Below are positions 1-64,000 of a stretch of 64,000 nucleotides of DNA, piece by piece. Each line of letters opens with the position of its first letter. The first letter of the stretch is position 1. The DNA comes from Rhynchobatus australiae (taxonomy: Eukaryota), in the NCBI GenBank assembly GCA_034780895.1, contig JAUZTB010000070.1:11925619-11989618 (forward strand), read 5' to 3'. Under the pieces are notes generated by a model. It was not told the DNA's origin. It ran no database searches and was given only the letters and a program-made list of their open reading frames with translations. The translations under genes and the position numbers were made by a program.

Positions 1-613
1 AGGCCACATCCCCAAATTTTTGACATATTCAAGAATGTAAGTGCTCAGACACACACACTGGCACACACTAATGTCCTTGTCACCTATTCTTCACCCAGGT
101 GATTAGTCCCATGTTGCCTTCCACTGACTGCTACACATCTGGTTGTNNNNNNNNNNTCATCCACATCTTCCAGCCACCCAATCCTTTCTCATAGTTTTAG
201 ATAAGCCGGGTTCCAAAAAAGACAGCAAATTTGAATCTATTTTGAATTTTACCAATTGAAATCTAACAAAATATATTCATCTGTAGTAAAATGTAAACAC
301 AAATGTGAAGGATATCCAATCAATTAGCAGTTTCCAATCACTGAGCTTGAAAAATCAAAGACTGACCAAAATAGTGTAATTTATTACTGACAACAGTGAG
401 AGAAATAAGATTCAGATTCAACTTTTGATATAATCTGACCTATAAGAGGCAGTTTCTGTGCCATTTACCTTAAAGTAGAAATAGCATTTGTTATAATAAA
501 TCTACTTTCTGAGCCTTTTTACCATTCTAGGATTATAATTATTCTTTTTACAGAGCAGAATGAACTTCATGGATTTGATGAATTCTACACCAAGTTACTG
601 AACATGATCCAAC

Positions 614-60042
<59,429 letters not shown>

Positions 60043-61539
60043 CTGAGGAGAAGTAAACACAAAATAGTCAAATGTTGAAATTATCTGGCTCCCCCAGAGG
60101 AGGAAACACAACGGAAAGAAAATCCAAGACTCTCTAATTACTGAGACCAACTACGCACTAATTAAGACAAGTTTCCGTGAAGTGGCGTCCCCAACTGATT
60201 AGAGGCCGAACAAAAAATTCCCACAGAGCTGGAGCCTCATGTGGTGCAGACGTATATTACAGTGGTTGCAATGCAACTTCTAACCAATTTTCAGCCATTG
60301 CATCTAATTAGCTCAAAGATCCCCACTTTCACGCAAGCAGGGCTACTTCAAGTGAGGCTTAGAGGTTTTGATTATCTGGCTTAATGTTTGTCACAATCCA
60401 TACTGTACACCTGTCTAATTTCCATCTGCTTAATTTAGGGGTCTTTAAGTTTGATTGTAATATTGGGATAAGTGATCTGTGTTTGTGATTAAGTACAAGC
60501 CTGCTATTGGAAGTAGGAAAGAGGAAAAGGAAATGGACAATGAGCCCTCAACTCAGTCTGCACTTTGTCCATATATTGCCTCTCCTATCTTAGATTCTAT
60601 TTCAGACAAATAATCTCTTCCACAGCCCATATAAGATGTCTTTTATCACATTCTCTAGTTCACTCCCTACGTTTCCTCCTAGTCTATGCACTGTACCCTA
60701 TTGTGGATTCCAGCTCACTGACTGAATCATGTCCCAGAGATCTTATATGCTTTTTTGCTAACTCACCTTAGCTTCTGCCCCACAGACCNNNNNNNNNNNN
60801 NNNNNNNNNNNNNNNNNNNNNNNNNNNNNNNNNNNNNNNNNNNNNNATGTCCCAAAGTTGTAAAAAGTGCTATAGAATTACAAATGTTTTATTTTCTGCC
60901 TACGACTTGTGTTAAATGTCTGTCACAGATTTCAACATCCTTGCTCCAGTGGAATGGTCTACAAGGGGAGAAAGTATAAACAGGGAATAAAAACAGAGAG
61001 AAGTTACAGTCACTTGAAATGTTTACCAGACAGACTGAATCTCCGGAGAGATAGTTCAACATAAAACTTTCCTGCCCTCAAAGGAATTCACACCATTCTC
61101 ACATTTCTGGCAATCTCTGATATTTATATAATATTGCTTTGTGAATGCTTTTGAATTGTTGTATCTTACTGAGTATTCCAGGAGGAATTTATGTGCGTTG
61201 GTGAAACTTGTAACCAGGGAATAAGAAGACATCACAGTTTCCAGTCTCCATATGCATGCAATCCCCACACACAATACTGTCCACACACCCTACAGCCCCC
61301 ACAAACTCTCGGCACGTTAGAGCCGCAAACACAGGGATGGCTACACATGTATTGGAGGTCTCCCCAGACACCAGACCTAACATTAGACCACCACACTATA
61401 GCCCACAGGCATCCCTGCGCAAGATACACTGCTGCACACAGCACATCACCACACATATAGGGAGAAGACACAATGGGAGGAGTGTGTGGAACCAAATAAG
61501 GCAGATGAGATGGGCAGATGAGAACAGGAGGGGGAGGGT

Positions 61540-61910
61540 CCCCTATTGTTCCCGTCTGCCCACCCCACCTCCCTTATTTGGTTCCATGCTCCACCTTCCT
61601 TTCCTATCAGATTCCATCATCTGTAGCCTTTCATTGTCTCTGCCTATCTCCTGCTACTCTCTGTCACTATTTCCACTCTTCCTTCCTCCATCTGCCTATC
61701 ACCCCTCCTCAACTGGATCCACCTATCACTTGCCAGCTCTTGCTCCACCCCTTCCCCTCACCCCTTTATACCGGCTGTCTCCAGATGAAGGGTCTTGGCC
61801 CGAAATGTCGACTGTCCATTTCTCTCCACAGATGCTGCCTGATCCACTGAGATCCTTCAGCAGTTTTTCTTTTTGCTCCAGATTCCAGCATCTACAATCT
61901 CCTGTGTCTT
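61540..61910 (+). mobile_element. Penelope-like element terminal region (pyrimidine-rich body plus terminal repeat)
   Basis: cctatcagattccatcat...cagatgaagggtcttggcccgaaatgtcgactgtccatttctctccacagatgctgcctga. Confidence 0.7.
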
Positions 61911-62844
61911 CACTTACATCTAGTTTTTGCTATGATATCTATAAGGGAGTACTAAAAGAAGTACTATTTAACCCAGGTCCCATAGGATTCTTGGCTCACA
62001 TTTGCACTGTGCAAGAGTGAAACTTTCATAGTCCCATTTTTTTATTCACCATGCTTTCTCTAATAAACCTTACGGCTACATTCTGGCATTCCCGGAATCC
62101 TAATCCACTCTTTGACTACAGGCTAACAATCAACGTAGAGAACATTTAGTCCATTGTGACATTGCAGCTTCTTTGAAAAACCTATTAAATCAATGTCAAA
62201 TCTTGCTCTTTTCCAATAGCCCTGCAATTTTGTCCTTTTCTGTCTTGACCATTGTTCTCAAGGGATCCTGCAGCCTTATACACTGGTAGGTGGCTAGAAC
62301 ATTCTCAATGTTCACATTTGCAAAGTGGACAGCCAATTATACTAATTATATAGCAATTAAAATCATTGGAAGGCAGATGAAATTTATAGAACATGTTTAA
62401 GTAAAAAGAGATCTGAGTTCCTTTTGTTCATTGAAGAGTACAATCTCTTAGCTATGCCATGCTCTTGACTACAGAACAGGAAATTCCAATCAGGCTGGTT
62501 TTGATTATGACTGTTGTCTGAAAGGATGAACAGATTAGCACGTGTGCTGGGGTTGGTAATTCAATATCACCCAGAATATGAACAGGATCAAGCTCGTCAG
62601 CAGTATAAATCCTGGGAGATTTCAACATCCTGGCTGGGCTAAGGCTAGCCTCTAAGGGAAGAAAGAATAAACAAAGAGAATGAAGTGAATTGAAATTACA
62701 GCCACTTCAGAGGTCCTAACAGACAGACAGCATATTGCAGTGAGTTTGTACAATTGCCAAATGAGCTCATTATTGTGCATTTTCTGCGCCTGTATTAGAC
62801 ACAACACTATAAATGGGCATGACGTCTACAGTTGAAGCAGAGGA

Positions 62845-63745
62845 AACTGCACCCCAGCAGAGTCAGTACCCAAGACAGTCCTCACCAGTTGAAGTCAACT
62901 CTGAATATTGTACCCCAATTGTAGTCATCAATGAGGATGCTGAACCTTAATAACAATCAGCATGCAGGATACTGTACCCGAGTGACAGTCAACTCACAGG
63001 ATACTGTACACAAGCCACAGTCAACACTCAGGATAGAGTACACCAACCAGAGTCAACACTCAGGATACTGTCCCCTAGCAATAGTCAAAACTCAGAATAC
63101 TGTACCCTAGTGACAGTGAACACTCAGGATACTGTACCCGAGCAACAGCCAACACTCAGGGTCGAGTACACCAGACAGTCAACTCAGGATACCAGACCCC
63201 AGTGACAATCAATACTCAGGAAACTGTCCTCAAGCAACAGTGTGAACACTCAGGATACTGTACCCGAGCAACAGCCAACACTCAGGGTCGAGTACACCAG
63301 ACAGTCAACTCAGGATACCAGACCCCAGTGACAATCAATACTCAGGAAACTGTCCTCAAGCAACAGTGTGAACACTCAGGATACTGTACCCGAGCAACAG
63401 CCAACACTCAGGGTCGAGTACACCAGACAGTCAACTCAGGATACNNNNNNNNNNNNNNNNNNNNNNNNNNNNNNNNNNNNNNNNNNNNNNNNNNNNNNNN
63501 NNNNNNNNNNNNNNNNNNNNNNNNNNNNNNNNNNNNNNNNNNNNGGATACCAGACCCCAGTGACAATCAATACTCAGGAAACTGTCCTCAAGCAACAGTC
63601 AACATTCAGGCTGCTGTACCCTAGCAATGATCAACACTCAGGCTATTATATCCTAGCAAGGATCACCACTCAGGATACTGTACCCTAGCAACTGTCAACA
63701 GTCTGAATATTGTACTCCAGCTGGACTCAACACTCAGGATTCTAT
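62845..63745. repeat. Minisatellite of about 32-bp monomers with a 126-bp higher-order repeat
   Basis: Monomer actcaggatactgtaccc.agcaacagtcaac; identical cactcaggatactgtacccgagcaacagcc at 63121, 63247 and 63373. Confidence 0.9.
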
Positions 63746-64000
63746 AATTTAAAAAAATGTAAAGACTACACATACTCAACAAGTCATGTAGCAACTTGGA
63801 AAAGAGAAAGAGACTCAGTTTTCAATACAACTATGAAAAATTAGAAATCAAACATGTCTTTGTTTGTGGAAAAGGGGATAGTTCACTCTACCAACTACCA
63901 CTCCCCTTCTCATGGCACTTTACTATGCAACCGCAGGAGATGCAATATTTGCCCTTTTACCTCTTCCCTTCCCTCTTGACCCAAATCGTTGACTGTTCTT

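Noticed and set aside
61256-62020. 254-aa plus-strand ORF
   Set aside because: It spans a CA-rich tract and a Penelope-like terminal repeat; low-complexity, with no recognisable domain.
62845-63745. CRISPR-like array or repeat-protein gene
   Set aside because: Contiguous tandem monomers with no unique spacers, in a vertebrate intron; the ORF follows from the 126-bp period.
60043-64000. The preceding fibrillin exon (EGF4)
   Set aside because: No matching exon found; it probably lies beyond the window end.

Overview
Vertebrate genomic DNA, probably a cartilaginous fish (inferred from the repeat families), covering the middle of a single fibrillin gene on the minus strand. I resolved 39 coding exons, all with GT-AG boundaries and phase-1 introns. 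They run from cbEGF3 (60042) to the end of TB6 (614), equivalent to FBN1 exons 12-51. Diagnostic residues point to the FBN3/fbn2b paralog rather than FBN1 or canonical FBN2, although an FBN2-type RGD is kept in TB3. The gene has two anomalies: an in-frame TGA in the TB4 exon (23509-23511), and no visible cbEGF24 exon (it may lie in the 329-N gap). Introns hold CR1 and other LINE fragments, tRNA-derived SINEs, minisatellites, and fold-back termini of Penelope-like elements carrying minimal hammerhead-ribozyme motifs. Two local templated duplications are also present, one of which copies an exon end and its splice donor. The assembly is gapped (10-N and 100-N gaps, several with overlapping flanks). 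Exon coordinates were read base by base; repeat coordinates are approximate. Comparisons with human and zebrafish fibrillins are from memory, not from a run alignment.
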